IMG/VR virus record: IMGVR_UViG_3300042894_006927
Location: 1-64,000 of that record
From: a virus
Reading direction: 5' to 3' (one strand)
Length of the DNA: 64,000 bases
Shown here: piece after piece, positions 47,929-57,468 of the stretch
How the letters are laid out: every line of letters begins with the position of its first letter
Position numbering within the stretch: the stretch's first letter is position 1
Translations under genes and position numbers: made by a program
Notes under the pieces: generated by a model
Seen by the model: the letters and a program-made list of their open reading frames with translations, nothing else
Told to the model about the DNA's origin: nothing
Databases searched by the model: none

Positions 47929-49526
47929 TGGCTATTGACAAAGTTAAATATCCTTTTTCCGCAAAACTTGTGGAAATTATTGGTATGCAAAATGACTTTG
48001 CAAATCCTTGTCAAATTGATTTAACTGCCGATATTGCTTTAGCCAAAAAAGTATTAGAGCAGCCATCGGTAGGACTTGATTGGGGCAAATCTTATTTTTT
48101 GTATAAATTGGGAAGTAATGCAAAAGGAGTTGATACCTTAACGGGCATACAAAAAATAACGATGCCCTCAAAGCCAACGAACAAAACGCCCGACCAAATT
48201 AGTGCCGTTTTAAACGCAATAAAAGTAAATGCAGATGATACTGCGAAAAGGTTTGGAAGCCCCGAACTTTTTGAACTTTTTACTAAAATTTTTTACGATG
48301 AAATAACCAACGAGTGCCGAGAGCATCAAAGAAACCACGAAATTTGGACACCCATTTTAGGTGCGGATTATGTAATTCAATTTACCGACCCGCTTTTAAA
48401 ACAACGAGGGGCAACCATTGAAAGCGTTTCACCTGCAATTCGTGAGCAAATTCGCCCCGTTTTCCTAAACTTTGAAAATTCTCTACGGCACTTAACCGCT
48501 TTAGAAAAAAAGGCGGATTATTTGGAACAAGACATTCAAACATACAATACTTGGATAAGCGAAATTGAAGAATTAACAAGGGATAATTCAAGCGATAAAC
48601 TTTCTTTGGCTTTGCGTAAATATGGTTCAAGTTGTACGCCTATTTTGGCAAGAAGAAATGGCATTTTAGAGCAGGGCAGTATGGAAGCCTACCCAAGATG
48701 GGGGGGCAATAAGAATTGGTCGCAAGGTTGGCATTGTATTTTAGAGAAAGGTATGCCTAAATATAGGGCTACACATCCCGAAGCAGTTGCAGACCCGTTA
48801 GGTCAAGCACAATTTAGGGGCGACCAAATAAACGCTTTAAGCCTTCGTTTAGCGGCTTTTAAGAGTGAAAGAGCAAGGTTTAAAGTATTGCTCAAAAATG
48901 TAATTGATACTGAAATCCCGAACCAAAAAAAGGTTGTTGCGGAAAAGACAAAATTGTGGAATGACCAACAAAAGGTAATTGTAACTTTTTTAAATGGAAT
49001 TGCCGATGCCGCAAGAATAGAGGCAGAAGCCGCAAATCTCCCCGCAATAATTGAAGCCCAAAGACAAGCAAAGATATTAGAAGAAGAAACCAAGCGGCAA
49101 CTTGCTTTAATTGCCGCAAAGGAAGCAAGAGAGAAAAGAACACAATCTTTGCTTATTGGCGGTGGCGTAGCAGCAGTTGGTGTGGCATATTTTAGTACGA
49201 GGGGTGCAGGTGGTGGAAGCCGACTTGGAAACATTGCCGTAGGTGCATTGATGTTAGGCGGTTTAGGGTATGGAATTTATACATATATGAAAGCCCCCAA
49301 AGAAGTTGAGGAATTACCTACTAACGACCAACAAGCAACAATAAGTGCCAACGCTTTAGCGAGTTTGACAAGAAAAAATGCAATGTATTTTGGTAAAGTT
49401 TATGTAAACGAGAAAAGGCAATGTAGTGGCAGAATGACACTTGAACAACAAAGGGCGTGTGAATCCCAATTTACTGCGTTTTCGAGTTTTATGGGTATGC
49501 CAATGGGTTCAACGGGAAATTCTTAA
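47928..49526 (+). CDS. large coiled-coil membrane protein
   Basis: long helical body with two TM segments near the C-terminus. Confidence 0.7.
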   Translation: MAIDKVKYPFSAKLVEIIGMQNDFANPCQIDLTADIALAKKVLEQPSVGLDWGKSYFLYKLGSNAKGVDTLTGIQKITMPSKPTNKTPDQISAVLNAIKVNADDTAKRFGSPELFELFTKIFYDEITNECREHQRNHEIWTPILGADYVIQFTDPLLKQRGATIESVSPAIREQIRPVFLNFENSLRHLTALEKKADYLEQDIQTYNTWISEIEELTRDNSSDKLSLALRKYGSSCTPILARRNGILEQGSMEAYPRWGGNKNWSQGWHCILEKGMPKYRATHPEAVADPLGQAQFRGDQINALSLRLAAFKSERARFKVLLKNVIDTEIPNQKKVVAEKTKLWNDQQKVIVTFLNGIADAARIEAEAANLPAIIEAQRQAKILEEETKRQLALIAAKEAREKRTQSLLIGGGVAAVGVAYFSTRGAGGGSRLGNIAVGALMLGGLGYGIYTYMKAPKEVEELPTNDQQATISANALASLTRKNAMYFGKVYVNEKRQCSGRMTLEQQRACESQFTAFSSFMGMPMGSTGNS

Positions 49527-49539
49527 ATTTGAATAAAAT

Positions 49540-50520
49540 ATGCTACCAAATTACGAAATACAAATTGTGCCAAGTGGAATGACAATCTACAATCCACCTA
49601 TGTCGGATGATGCGTTTAATCCCGCCATTGGCAACATAAGCGACTATAATAAAGCAGCAAAAGAAATTTGTATAGGTGAAGGAAAATTGGCACAAAACAA
49701 ACGAGATTACACGGCTTATGCGTTGCAATTAGCAAACAAAAGAGATAATGTAAGCGGTTGGAATGAGGTAATAAACGGCTTGGAAGGTGCTAAAAAAACC
49801 GATGGTTGCGAATGGGGTGCAAAGCGTGGAAGGGTTGCGGAGGTAATTCGGGTTTTAAAGCGTGAAAAAAGTGAATGGGAAAAAGCCAAAGCGGGAATTG
49901 GAACGCCCGTAGTTAGTAGTGTTGATGGTAAAACACAATTAACCGCCCCGAATTGGAATCCTACAACAGCAAATTGGGAAGCGATAGCAAAAGATTTAGG
50001 CGACAAGTTATTATCAAAGCAAGAACTTGTTTCAATCCTAAAATCAAAAATTTCTATTGAATTAGCCAAAGGAAATAACGCAGGGATAATTTTGGCACAA
50101 AAAATTTACGATGGCTCAATAAACGGACTTGAAATAAATAAAAAGGCAGTTGCTTGGGGTGTAAAAAGGACAAGAGTAAATGCCGCTATTCGTTTAATTA
50201 AAAGTACAATTCGCAGACCCGAAACTCTTGTAGATATTGTTTCGGGGCAACCCGTAAAAATTGATACGCCCTCTTTGGAAGATTTGGCAAAAGAAACTTC
50301 CGAAACCGAAAAAAACTTTTTTGATAAAATCGGTGATTTTTTCGGCATTTCTCCCGATGATGAAGCGGGTGATGTAACGGGTGGCAACATTAACGGAAGC
50401 GGAGAAGGTGATAAACCAAATTACACGCCTCTTTTAGCGGGGGGCGGGGTTGTGGTAGCAATTATTTTAGTTGGTGTTTTAGTAAGTGCCGCAAACAAAG
50501 GAGTAAAACCAAAATCATAA
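49540..50520 (+). CDS. tail-anchored membrane protein with an internal repeat
   Basis: INGLE......WG.KR.RV...IR..K occurs twice; C-terminal TM. Confidence 0.7.
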   Translation: MLPNYEIQIVPSGMTIYNPPMSDDAFNPAIGNISDYNKAAKEICIGEGKLAQNKRDYTAYALQLANKRDNVSGWNEVINGLEGAKKTDGCEWGAKRGRVAEVIRVLKREKSEWEKAKAGIGTPVVSSVDGKTQLTAPNWNPTTANWEAIAKDLGDKLLSKQELVSILKSKISIELAKGNNAGIILAQKIYDGSINGLEINKKAVAWGVKRTRVNAAIRLIKSTIRRPETLVDIVSGQPVKIDTPSLEDLAKETSETEKNFFDKIGDFFGISPDDEAGDVTGGNINGSGEGDKPNYTPLLAGGGVVVAIILVGVLVSAANKGVKPKS

Positions 50521-50822
50521 TGAGAATAACAAACTATTCCGTTCCAAACGACGAACAAATGCGAGAAATTGAAGGTCGGTATTTTATTCCCCAAGAGATT
50601 GTTGACCAAGTGGCTTATGCGGTTAATAAGGGCAAAGAAATTGTTGAAAATGTAACTACGCCAACAAACGGAAATCAAGGTGGCGGTGCAAACAATGGAA
50701 ATCAGCAGAAAAATGGCGGTACAAACATTGGAAAACCATTGCTTTATACGGGTGGTGCTATTGTTTTAGGACTTGCCGTTTATTTTGGTTACAAGTATTA
50801 CACAAAAACCCTTAAAAAATGA
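50520..50822 (+). CDS. small tail-anchored membrane protein
   Basis: N/G linker plus C-terminal TM and basic tail. Confidence 0.7.
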   Translation: MRITNYSVPNDEQMREIEGRYFIPQEIVDQVAYAVNKGKEIVENVTTPTNGNQGGGANNGNQQKNGGTNIGKPLLYTGGAIVLGLAVYFGYKYYTKTLKK

Positions 50823-50995
50823 GAACATTAGACGACATTGAGCAAAAAAGTGATAAAAAAACATTGTCTGATAAAGTGAAAAATTTACCAACGAGTACAA
50901 AAATTGCGGTTGCCGTAGTTGTTTTAGGCGGTATGTTTTTTGCGTATCGAAAATTCTTTGTAAAAAAAGCAGAACCGAACATTATTGTTGACTAA
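50819..50995 (+). CDS. small membrane protein (58 aa, not in the ORF track)
   Basis: MRTLDDIEQK...IAVAVVVLGGMFFAYRKFF; ATGA and TAATG coupling at the two ends. Confidence 0.7.
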   Translation: MRTLDDIEQKSDKKTLSDKVKNLPTSTKIAVAVVVLGGMFFAYRKFFVKKAEPNIIVD

Positions 50996-51792
50996 TGGAG
51001 AACAAACTGCGGTATAGTTTGAATGTAAATTCGCCCTTTAAGGTGTTTCTTGACTTGCAAGTTAAGAAAGCACCCGTGCGAGTATTTATCCGCATTTTTA
51101 ATCCAAATTTGCCAAATACATTTGCTTATTCACGAAAGCAAGATTTTGAAGTTCCAACATCGTTCAATTACAAAATCGGAGTTCCCGATTTTATTCCCCC
51201 GCTTGTTTTGGAAGTTTATACTGACAAAAATGAACCCGCTTCTGATTATGTAACTGCAAAATTTAGGGTTGAGGAAACGGGAAGCACAATTAAGAGAATC
51301 CCGATGAAGCATAGGAACGCAATTAAATTTCTGCGTGAATTTTCTTTAAAGGCAGGTTTTTTAGAGCCGAACAAAACATATTCAAACGGGAAGATTCAAA
51401 TTAACTATTTGCCCTACATTACTTATGAAAATGGGCAGATGCACACTACCCCCGCAAGGATTCATAAAACGGAAAATTATATTGAGGTAAGCAAGTTCCA
51501 TTTTGATAGGATGCCAACACCCCGAAGAAATGCAATTCTTTTCCACGAATTATCACATAATTTTATTTCCCGAAATCCAAATTCAGAAGAAGAAGCAGAC
51601 GACCATAGTGCCGACCTTTATTCTTTATCGGGGCTTCCGCCAAGCGAGTTCATTTATGGCTTTTCAACCATATTTAGGCAACACAATCCAAAAGAGTTTG
51701 CCAATATGATGAAAGACCCTAACTATCAAAAATTACATTCAATGCAAGTAAACCGATTGCGTAGAATGATTAACAAAATGTCAAACAAATAA
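50995..51792 (+). CDS. zincin metalloprotease, candidate virion maturation protease
   Basis: TPARI...AILFHELSH...EEEAD (HExxH plus downstream Glu ligand). Confidence 0.75.
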   Translation: MENKLRYSLNVNSPFKVFLDLQVKKAPVRVFIRIFNPNLPNTFAYSRKQDFEVPTSFNYKIGVPDFIPPLVLEVYTDKNEPASDYVTAKFRVEETGSTIKRIPMKHRNAIKFLREFSLKAGFLEPNKTYSNGKIQINYLPYITYENGQMHTTPARIHKTENYIEVSKFHFDRMPTPRRNAILFHELSHNFISRNPNSEEEADDHSADLYSLSGLPPSEFIYGFSTIFRQHNPKEFANMMKDPNYQKLHSMQVNRLRRMINKMSNK

Positions 51793-51794
51793 TT

Positions 51795-52502
51795 ATGGGA
51801 TATTTACCATCTTTTAGACCTACTGAAATTTTTGTAACCCCAAGACAAGAGGGGGTTTTTGGAATTTCCCAAGATTCTTTTATGCAGTTTGCACAATCAA
51901 CACAAGTTGGCGGAAGCGGTGGCGTTCAAACACCAAGTCAGCCGAGTAGTGGTGGTGGCGGTGGTGGAAGCGGCATACAAATGGGCGACCAAGTTGGCAT
52001 AAATCCCAATGATAATAGTGGTAGTGTAAATCCGCCCCCGCCAAGCACCCCGCCAACAAACTTTTGTCCTACAACATATTTCCCCGTTTGTGCCAATGGG
52101 CAAACTTTTGGAAATGCTTGTGAAGCAGAAAACGCAGGTTTTACTCAATACACACAAGGAGAGTGTGCCACAAATGGCAATGGCGGTGGCGATAACGGAA
52201 ATGGCGGTGGAAATCAGCCCGTTTATGACCCCGAAACGGGTTGTATTATTCAAGGGTTTGATAATTTAGGCAATCCTATCTACATTGACCAAAACGGGAA
52301 TCCATCTTTAAATCCCGAAGGTTGTCAAATAAGCCCCGATTTTAATAGCGGTGGCGGTGGCGGTGGCGACAACGGGAATGGTGGCGGTGGCGGTGGAACA
52401 ATTCCCGATGATGAAAAAATTATTGCTTTCGTAAAGAAAAATTGGATGTATTTACTTGCCGTAACTGCGGGAATTTATTTACTCACAAATAAATCGAATT
52501 AA
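51795..52502 (+). CDS. Gly-rich membrane protein with a Kazal-like domain
   Basis: CPTTYFPVCANGQTFGNACEA......QGEC; C-terminal TM. Confidence 0.75.
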   Translation: MGYLPSFRPTEIFVTPRQEGVFGISQDSFMQFAQSTQVGGSGGVQTPSQPSSGGGGGGSGIQMGDQVGINPNDNSGSVNPPPPSTPPTNFCPTTYFPVCANGQTFGNACEAENAGFTQYTQGECATNGNGGGDNGNGGGNQPVYDPETGCIIQGFDNLGNPIYIDQNGNPSLNPEGCQISPDFNSGGGGGGDNGNGGGGGGTIPDDEKIIAFVKKNWMYLLAVTAGIYLLTNKSN

Positions 52503-52576
52503 AAAGCAATTAAAAATCAATAATAATTCAAAAAAAAACCTTTACTTTTAATCTCTAACAACAAAAACAAAACGCT

Positions 52577-52786
52577 ATGTTTGAAAATTTGAAAACTGAA
52601 AACTACATTGGTGGAATATCGGGTGGGTTAGTAGCCTACTACGGAATCCGTAAATTTCGCCCAAACACAAATGTTTACCTTCATTGGGGGGCTACTGCTT
52701 TAGCCGTATGGGTCGGTTCAAAGTATGTTGCACCACAAGTTGCCAAACTTTTTCAAGGTGGCGAAGAAGTCGCCCCCGTTGAGTAA
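52577..52786 (+). CDS. small membrane protein
   Basis: two Gly-rich hydrophobic helices. Confidence 0.65.
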   Translation: MFENLKTENYIGGISGGLVAYYGIRKFRPNTNVYLHWGATALAVWVGSKYVAPQVAKLFQGGEEVAPVE

Positions 52787-53001
52787 TGGCAAGACAAGTT
52801 AAAAATACCGAGTATGCGGCAGGTTTGCCGTATGCCCCTAAATATGCGGTTTCGGGAAGGATAGTGGTTGCCAACGGCAATTACACTTCCTTCCGAAACT
52901 TTGCGGAAACGGGGCAAAAAGCGACAAAAATTTCCCTTATTGGGAAAATAGCCGTTGCAGGTATTTTGACATACTTACTTTATCAATTAACAAAAAATTA
53001 G
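52786..53001 (+). CDS. small membrane protein
   Basis: FRNFAE motif then C-terminal TM. Confidence 0.65.
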   Translation: MARQVKNTEYAAGLPYAPKYAVSGRIVVANGNYTSFRNFAETGQKATKISLIGKIAVAGILTYLLYQLTKN

Positions 53002-53006
53002 AAAAA

Positions 53007-53480
53007 ATGGCACGACCAAAAAAAACACAATCATTTGGGGCTGAACTTGCCGCAGGTTTGAAAAAAATTATGGGTGGCGAAAAACAAGCCGAAAAACCAA
53101 AGGCGAAATCCCCCGCAAAGGCAAAATCCCCTGCAAAGGCAAAATCCCCTGCAAAGGCAAAATCCCCTAAAGTATCTTTAAAAGCCAAAGTGAAGCCAAG
53201 AGATTTGAACCGAGTTGAAAAAAAGGGTAAAATCGCTAAATTTTTAAGTGCAAAAGGCACTAAAAAACAAACTGCACGGGGTAAAAAGCAAGACAACAAA
53301 TTCATTGCTCTACCCGCAGGAAAAAGGATTGCAACAAAAGTGGCTACCATTACTAAAGCGGATGGAACTGCATTTACACGCAGAAACCCAAATGCAACCG
53401 AAGGGAAAATTTATTCCGAAAAGCGTAAAAACCGAGCCGATGTATTCGGAAAGGTTGCTCGTATGGGCGGTAGAATGTAA
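53007..53480 (+). CDS. basic histone-H1-like DNA-condensing protein
   Basis: four KAKSP repeats (18-bp unit), very K-rich, ends ARMGGRM. Confidence 0.7.
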   Translation: MARPKKTQSFGAELAAGLKKIMGGEKQAEKPKAKSPAKAKSPAKAKSPAKAKSPKVSLKAKVKPRDLNRVEKKGKIAKFLSAKGTKKQTARGKKQDNKFIALPAGKRIATKVATITKADGTAFTRRNPNATEGKIYSEKRKNRADVFGKVARMGGRM

Positions 53481-53514
53481 TTGTATTAAAAATTAAAAAT
53501 TTAATTTAAGAATT

Positions 53515-54042
53515 ATGAGATTTTCAACAATTTTTAGTAGTCCACAAGGTTGTACTTGCTATGACAACAAAAATAGTCAATGTGCCCCTAATTATTGGTG
53601 CAACGAATGTCGCAAGAATCCAAGTAACCCAAATTGCAATATGCGGGTTGGAAATAGGGTAGTGCCTCGTTACCAAACCCAAAGTGGAAATGGTCAAATT
53701 TATGCTACCCCCACAAATCGCTTCCGAAATGCTATGCCTTTGATGCCAATGGGTATTAACACGGGCGGTTTTGGTATGCCAATGGGCAATAGCGGTAGGG
53801 ATGCCTACCAAAATGCGGTTGGTATGGGAAATCCAACAATGGTTGCCCCTGCTTTTGGAGGAACACAAACGCCAAGTAGCGGTATTAACAACTATTGTAT
53901 TAAATGCTTAAAAAAAGGGTGCGGATGTGTCAGAGATGAAAGAGGTCGCCCACGATGCGACTGCGGAGATTTAACGCCAAGCGGAATACGGCTTAATAAA
54001 TTTTGCAAAAGGCATCCCGAACTTTGTAATGTTCAAATCTAA
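53515..54042 (+). CDS. Cys-rich protein
   Basis: two Cys clusters flanking FRNAMP and YQNAVG motifs. Confidence 0.65.
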   Translation: MRFSTIFSSPQGCTCYDNKNSQCAPNYWCNECRKNPSNPNCNMRVGNRVVPRYQTQSGNGQIYATPTNRFRNAMPLMPMGINTGGFGMPMGNSGRDAYQNAVGMGNPTMVAPAFGGTQTPSSGINNYCIKCLKKGCGCVRDERGRPRCDCGDLTPSGIRLNKFCKRHPELCNVQI

Positions 54043-54055
54043 AAACAATTAAATA

Positions 54056-54286
54056 ATGAAAAACAAAGTTTATGCTTTCGCTAATTTCCGCAATGCGGAA
54101 GGCGAATTATCGGGGCGGCTTCAAATGCCCCAAGCATCCATTGTCGGTACTGCCGTTGGTGCAATCGCAGGACACTTTATTGGCAGAAATGCTAAATCGG
54201 GTATGGCGAAAAAATTAAATGCCTACAATGGGGCTGCTTATGGTCTTTTAATCGGTGCTTTAATCGAAGGGTATCGGTCAGTTTAA
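54056..54286 (+). CDS. small glycine-zipper membrane protein
   Basis: FRNAEG near the N-terminus; GxxxGxxxG helices. Confidence 0.7.
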   Translation: MKNKVYAFANFRNAEGELSGRLQMPQASIVGTAVGAIAGHFIGRNAKSGMAKKLNAYNGAAYGLLIGALIEGYRSV

Positions 54287-54305
54287 TTAAAAAAAAGAAA
54301 AAGAA

Positions 54306-54770
54306 ATGGGAACTATTTTAGGTTTATCCTCTCGTATGGTCAGCATTGACCCGAATGAACCCTCATTCAACGACCAAATAAATGCCACTATTGCTCAAGG
54401 AGTTGATAACAATGCTTCTTATTTTCCTTCGGGGGCAAGACAAGCGTTTGCGGAACAAACTCAAACGAAAATCGGTGCTTTAACAAGCGACATTTTGCCC
54501 GTTGGGGAGTATATGATTCCAAATGCTTATTTGTTAGCCGATGGCGATGTTAATGCCGATGCTAATGCCGATGCGGGTGGAATTGAAGTAGGTGCTTCTT
54601 ATGTTGTACCTTCAACTGCAATGTTGTTAGGCAATGTGCTTGGTGGAATCTTGGCTTATCAAATGACCGCAAACCGCAAAGGGCGTGTTTGGTGGACTAT
54701 TGGTGGAGTAATTGCGGGTGGCATTGCTACCTCTCTTGCTTACAATGTAGGTCGGGGCTTTAGCCGATGA
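54306..54770 (+). CDS. membrane protein with two C-terminal TM helices
   Basis: LLGNVLGGILAY and WWTIGGVIAGGIA. Confidence 0.7.
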   Translation: MGTILGLSSRMVSIDPNEPSFNDQINATIAQGVDNNASYFPSGARQAFAEQTQTKIGALTSDILPVGEYMIPNAYLLADGDVNADANADAGGIEVGASYVVPSTAMLLGNVLGGILAYQMTANRKGRVWWTIGGVIAGGIATSLAYNVGRGFSR

Positions 54771-55189
54771 AAAAAGGCGTAGTGGTTGGAATTGGCTCGG
54801 TTTTGCTTGTCGGAATTGCGATAGGCGGGTATTTTCTATGGAGAAATACTCGCAAATCCGAAACTGATAGCGGAAAAGCCAATGGTGGAGATACGGGTGG
54901 GGGAATTGATGTTACCCCGCCTACTATTCCTTCCAACGAAACTTTACCCCCGCCAACGCAGGGATGCCCAAGTAAATCATATACCCGCCAACGCAATGAT
55001 GCCTTTCCCTTGAAATGGGGTTCAGAAGGTGCAAATGTAGGTAGGTTGCAGAGGGCGTTGAATATGAAATTGGGCTACAATTTAAGTGTTGACAATAAGT
55101 TCGGTTGTTTGACCGAATCTGCCCTTCGCCAAGCGTTAAGAAAAAATGAAATTTCGCAGACCGAATTAGAATCACTTGAAAATCAATGA
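54767..55189 (+). CDS. membrane-anchored peptidoglycan-binding (PG_binding_1-like) protein
   Basis: N-terminal TM; FPLKWGSEG.NV..LQ.ALN....L.VD.KFG..T..A. Confidence 0.8.
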   Translation: MKKGVVVGIGSVLLVGIAIGGYFLWRNTRKSETDSGKANGGDTGGGIDVTPPTIPSNETLPPPTQGCPSKSYTRQRNDAFPLKWGSEGANVGRLQRALNMKLGYNLSVDNKFGCLTESALRQALRKNEISQTELESLENQ

Positions 55190-55581
55190 AAACATCGTCA
55201 ATTTATATTTTAGCGGGAACACTTGCTTTAGGCGGTGTTGCAATTCTTGTTTTGGCGTTGCGTAAACGCCCCGAAGAAACCGAATCCCCTATTGATGTTA
55301 CTCCCCCAACTCAAAATGGCGGTGGCGGTGGCGGTACTCGGCAATTTTCGTGTATGTACGGAAACGAATTTCCTTTGCAGTTTGGCTCTTGCGGTTCAAA
55401 TGTCGAAAAATGGCAAACATATTTGAACTCCAAAAGGGGCGAAAATTTAGCCGTTGATGGAAAGTTTGGTGCTTTAACCGAATCCGCTACAAAACGGCAT
55501 CCCGCCTTTGGAAATTTATCTACTTTCAATCAAGGAAAAGTAAGCGAGGTTGATTTCAATATGGCGACTTTTCAAGGTTAA
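55186..55581 (+). CDS. membrane-anchored peptidoglycan-binding protein
   Basis: N-terminal TM; FPLQFGSCGSNV..WQ.YLN....LAVDGKFG..T..A. Confidence 0.8.
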   Translation: MKTSSIYILAGTLALGGVAILVLALRKRPEETESPIDVTPPTQNGGGGGGTRQFSCMYGNEFPLQFGSCGSNVEKWQTYLNSKRGENLAVDGKFGALTESATKRHPAFGNLSTFNQGKVSEVDFNMATFQG

Positions 55582-55597
55582 TGCAATCTAAAATGAA

Positions 55598-56008
55598 ATG
55601 GCAAAAGCATCGTTTCTACCCAAAAAAAATGATTTACCCGATGTTTGGGTAAATTGGTTTGATAACCTTCAAGGAGAGGTAGGGATAAATAATGCCCGAT
55701 TTCTTTGGACTAAATGGTGGAACGAAATTAAGCCAACTTCAAGCAACACAATAAACCTTCGCAATCAAATGGAAGCGAGGGGAATTGTAATTGAACCCGA
55801 ATCTGCTTTAGGAAAAATCGGTGATATTGGCTCTGATGTGTTTTCGGGCATTGGAACTGCCTTTCGTGGCGTTGGAACGCTAATTACTATTTCGGTGGTT
55901 GGCGGGATTGCTATTATTGGACTTGTTCTTTACAATTTCACAAAAGATGAAAGTGGTCGTGCTGAACTGAAAAATTTAGCATCAAAAATTGCAACAAAAG
56001 GGATGTAA
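55598..56008 (+). CDS. membrane protein
   Basis: Trp-rich N-terminus, C-terminal TM. Confidence 0.65.
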   Translation: MAKASFLPKKNDLPDVWVNWFDNLQGEVGINNARFLWTKWWNEIKPTSSNTINLRNQMEARGIVIEPESALGKIGDIGSDVFSGIGTAFRGVGTLITISVVGGIAIIGLVLYNFTKDESGRAELKNLASKIATKGM

Positions 56009-56009
56009 A

Positions 56010-56486
56010 ATGAACAAAAAGCAACTCATTTTTATTGGTGCAACTGCGACTGCGATTGGGTTTTTCTTTATTGGAAGAAGCATTTATCGAAAAATTCGGC
56101 TTGAAGATATTTTGAAGCAGATGCAAACGGCATCAACGGGTGATATTTCTACGGATTTAGGATTAGTTTTTAGCGGTCAGCCATACCTTAACCAACTTGC
56201 AGGGAAAACATTGATTTTATTGCAGGATTCGGTTGCGAGAAAATATGCAAATGACTTGAAAGGATATATTTGCCAAACCTATGTTTGTAACACAAACGAG
56301 GGTGGAATTTATGGGGTGTTTCAGCGTATTTCAAATAAAGCCCAAGTAGCCCAAGTTTCAAAGTGGTACAAAGCGTTATTCGGAAGGGATTTACTTGCTG
56401 ATTTAAACGCTGATTTAAACGATACGGAATTAGAAAAGGTAAGAACAATAATTGCTTCAAAACCCGATTACGAAATTGCACAATGA
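56010..56486 (+). CDS. membrane-anchored protein with an annexin-like repeat
   Basis: N-terminal TM; TNEGGIYGVF....NKAQ..QV...Y...FGRDL..DL resembles the annexin repeat consensus. Confidence 0.55.
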   Translation: MNKKQLIFIGATATAIGFFFIGRSIYRKIRLEDILKQMQTASTGDISTDLGLVFSGQPYLNQLAGKTLILLQDSVARKYANDLKGYICQTYVCNTNEGGIYGVFQRISNKAQVAQVSKWYKALFGRDLLADLNADLNDTELEKVRTIIASKPDYEIAQ

Positions 56487-57007
56487 ATAGAAAATTAGCA
56501 ATAGGATTAGCCGTTGGTGGCGGTACTATAATTGTTGTAGGACTTGCTACCTATTTTGGCGTTAAACTTGCTTCAAAGCCCGAAAATCAACAAGGCGGTG
56601 GCGGTGGTGAAAATGGCGGTGGAACAAGACCCCCAAGCGAAGATGAATCCGTGCCACAAACGGGAACACAAGAGGCAAAAATGTCTTTTCCCCTTGCGAT
56701 TGGTGATAGGGGCGTAGGCGTTGCTTACCTTCAAAAATCCCTGCAATGTTTAGGCAAGTATTCGGGAAGCATTGATGGAAAATTCGGTATTGAAACATAC
56801 AAGGCGATTAGAAGTTATTTTACTTTCCAATGGTTTAATTGTACTTTTCATTACGAGTGCAAATTGTCTGAAAAACAATGGAAGGAAATTGTCCAACAAG
56901 CAAGGCAAAAATGTGGGTTGGCAACTTTCTCTTTACCCGATTCAATTTGGGAAGAATATACCCAAGCCCATACTGATTTTTGGAACAAAAAACGCCAAGA
57001 AAAATGA
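56483..57007 (+). CDS. membrane-anchored peptidoglycan-binding protein
   Basis: N-terminal TM; FPLAIGDRG.GV..LQ..L..LG.....IDGKFG.ET..AIR.F. Confidence 0.8.
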   Translation: MNRKLAIGLAVGGGTIIVVGLATYFGVKLASKPENQQGGGGGENGGGTRPPSEDESVPQTGTQEAKMSFPLAIGDRGVGVAYLQKSLQCLGKYSGSIDGKFGIETYKAIRSYFTFQWFNCTFHYECKLSEKQWKEIVQQARQKCGLATFSLPDSIWEEYTQAHTDFWNKKRQEK

Positions 57008-57465
57008 TTAAGCGTGGGTGGATAATTGGTGGCGTAATTGCGGGAATTTTAGCCGTTCCAATTACCTATTTTTTGGTTCAGTACAAAAAGTTAATGGACT
57101 ACGAAATTAACCCCGACACAATTACCCGAATTTCAAAAGAAGGCAGAAGGTACAAGTATAGGGTTGTTTTTAATTTTGAAAACAAATCTTCGCTTGGTTA
57201 TACGATTGAGCAACAAAGTTATGAGGTGTTTTTAGGTAATTTGAAAATCGGTGAAGGAAGTTACAAAGAGAATGTGGAAATAAAGCCAAAATCAGTAAGC
57301 AAATTGCCTATGGTTATGGAGTTTGTTTTACCTACAAACGCCCAAGCAATAGGTTATTTGCTTGAATTGTTTTCAAGCGGAAAAGTTTTGATAAATGTAA
57401 AATGGCAAGTATCTTTAATGGGCTTAAAAACGAACATTGAAAAACAAATGGAGTTTAAAATCTAA
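57004..57465 (+). CDS. membrane-anchored LEA_2/WHy-like beta-sandwich protein
   Basis: N-terminal TM; F.FEN......TI....Y.V.L....IG.G......I.P. Confidence 0.6.
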   Translation: MIKRGWIIGGVIAGILAVPITYFLVQYKKLMDYEINPDTITRISKEGRRYKYRVVFNFENKSSLGYTIEQQSYEVFLGNLKIGEGSYKENVEIKPKSVSKLPMVMEFVLPTNAQAIGYLLELFSSGKVLINVKWQVSLMGLKTNIEKQMEFKI

Positions 57466-57468
57466 ATT

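Noticed and set aside
47928-49526. Tail tape-measure protein
   Set aside because: No flanking tail tube, chaperone or baseplate genes; treated as a membrane coiled-coil protein
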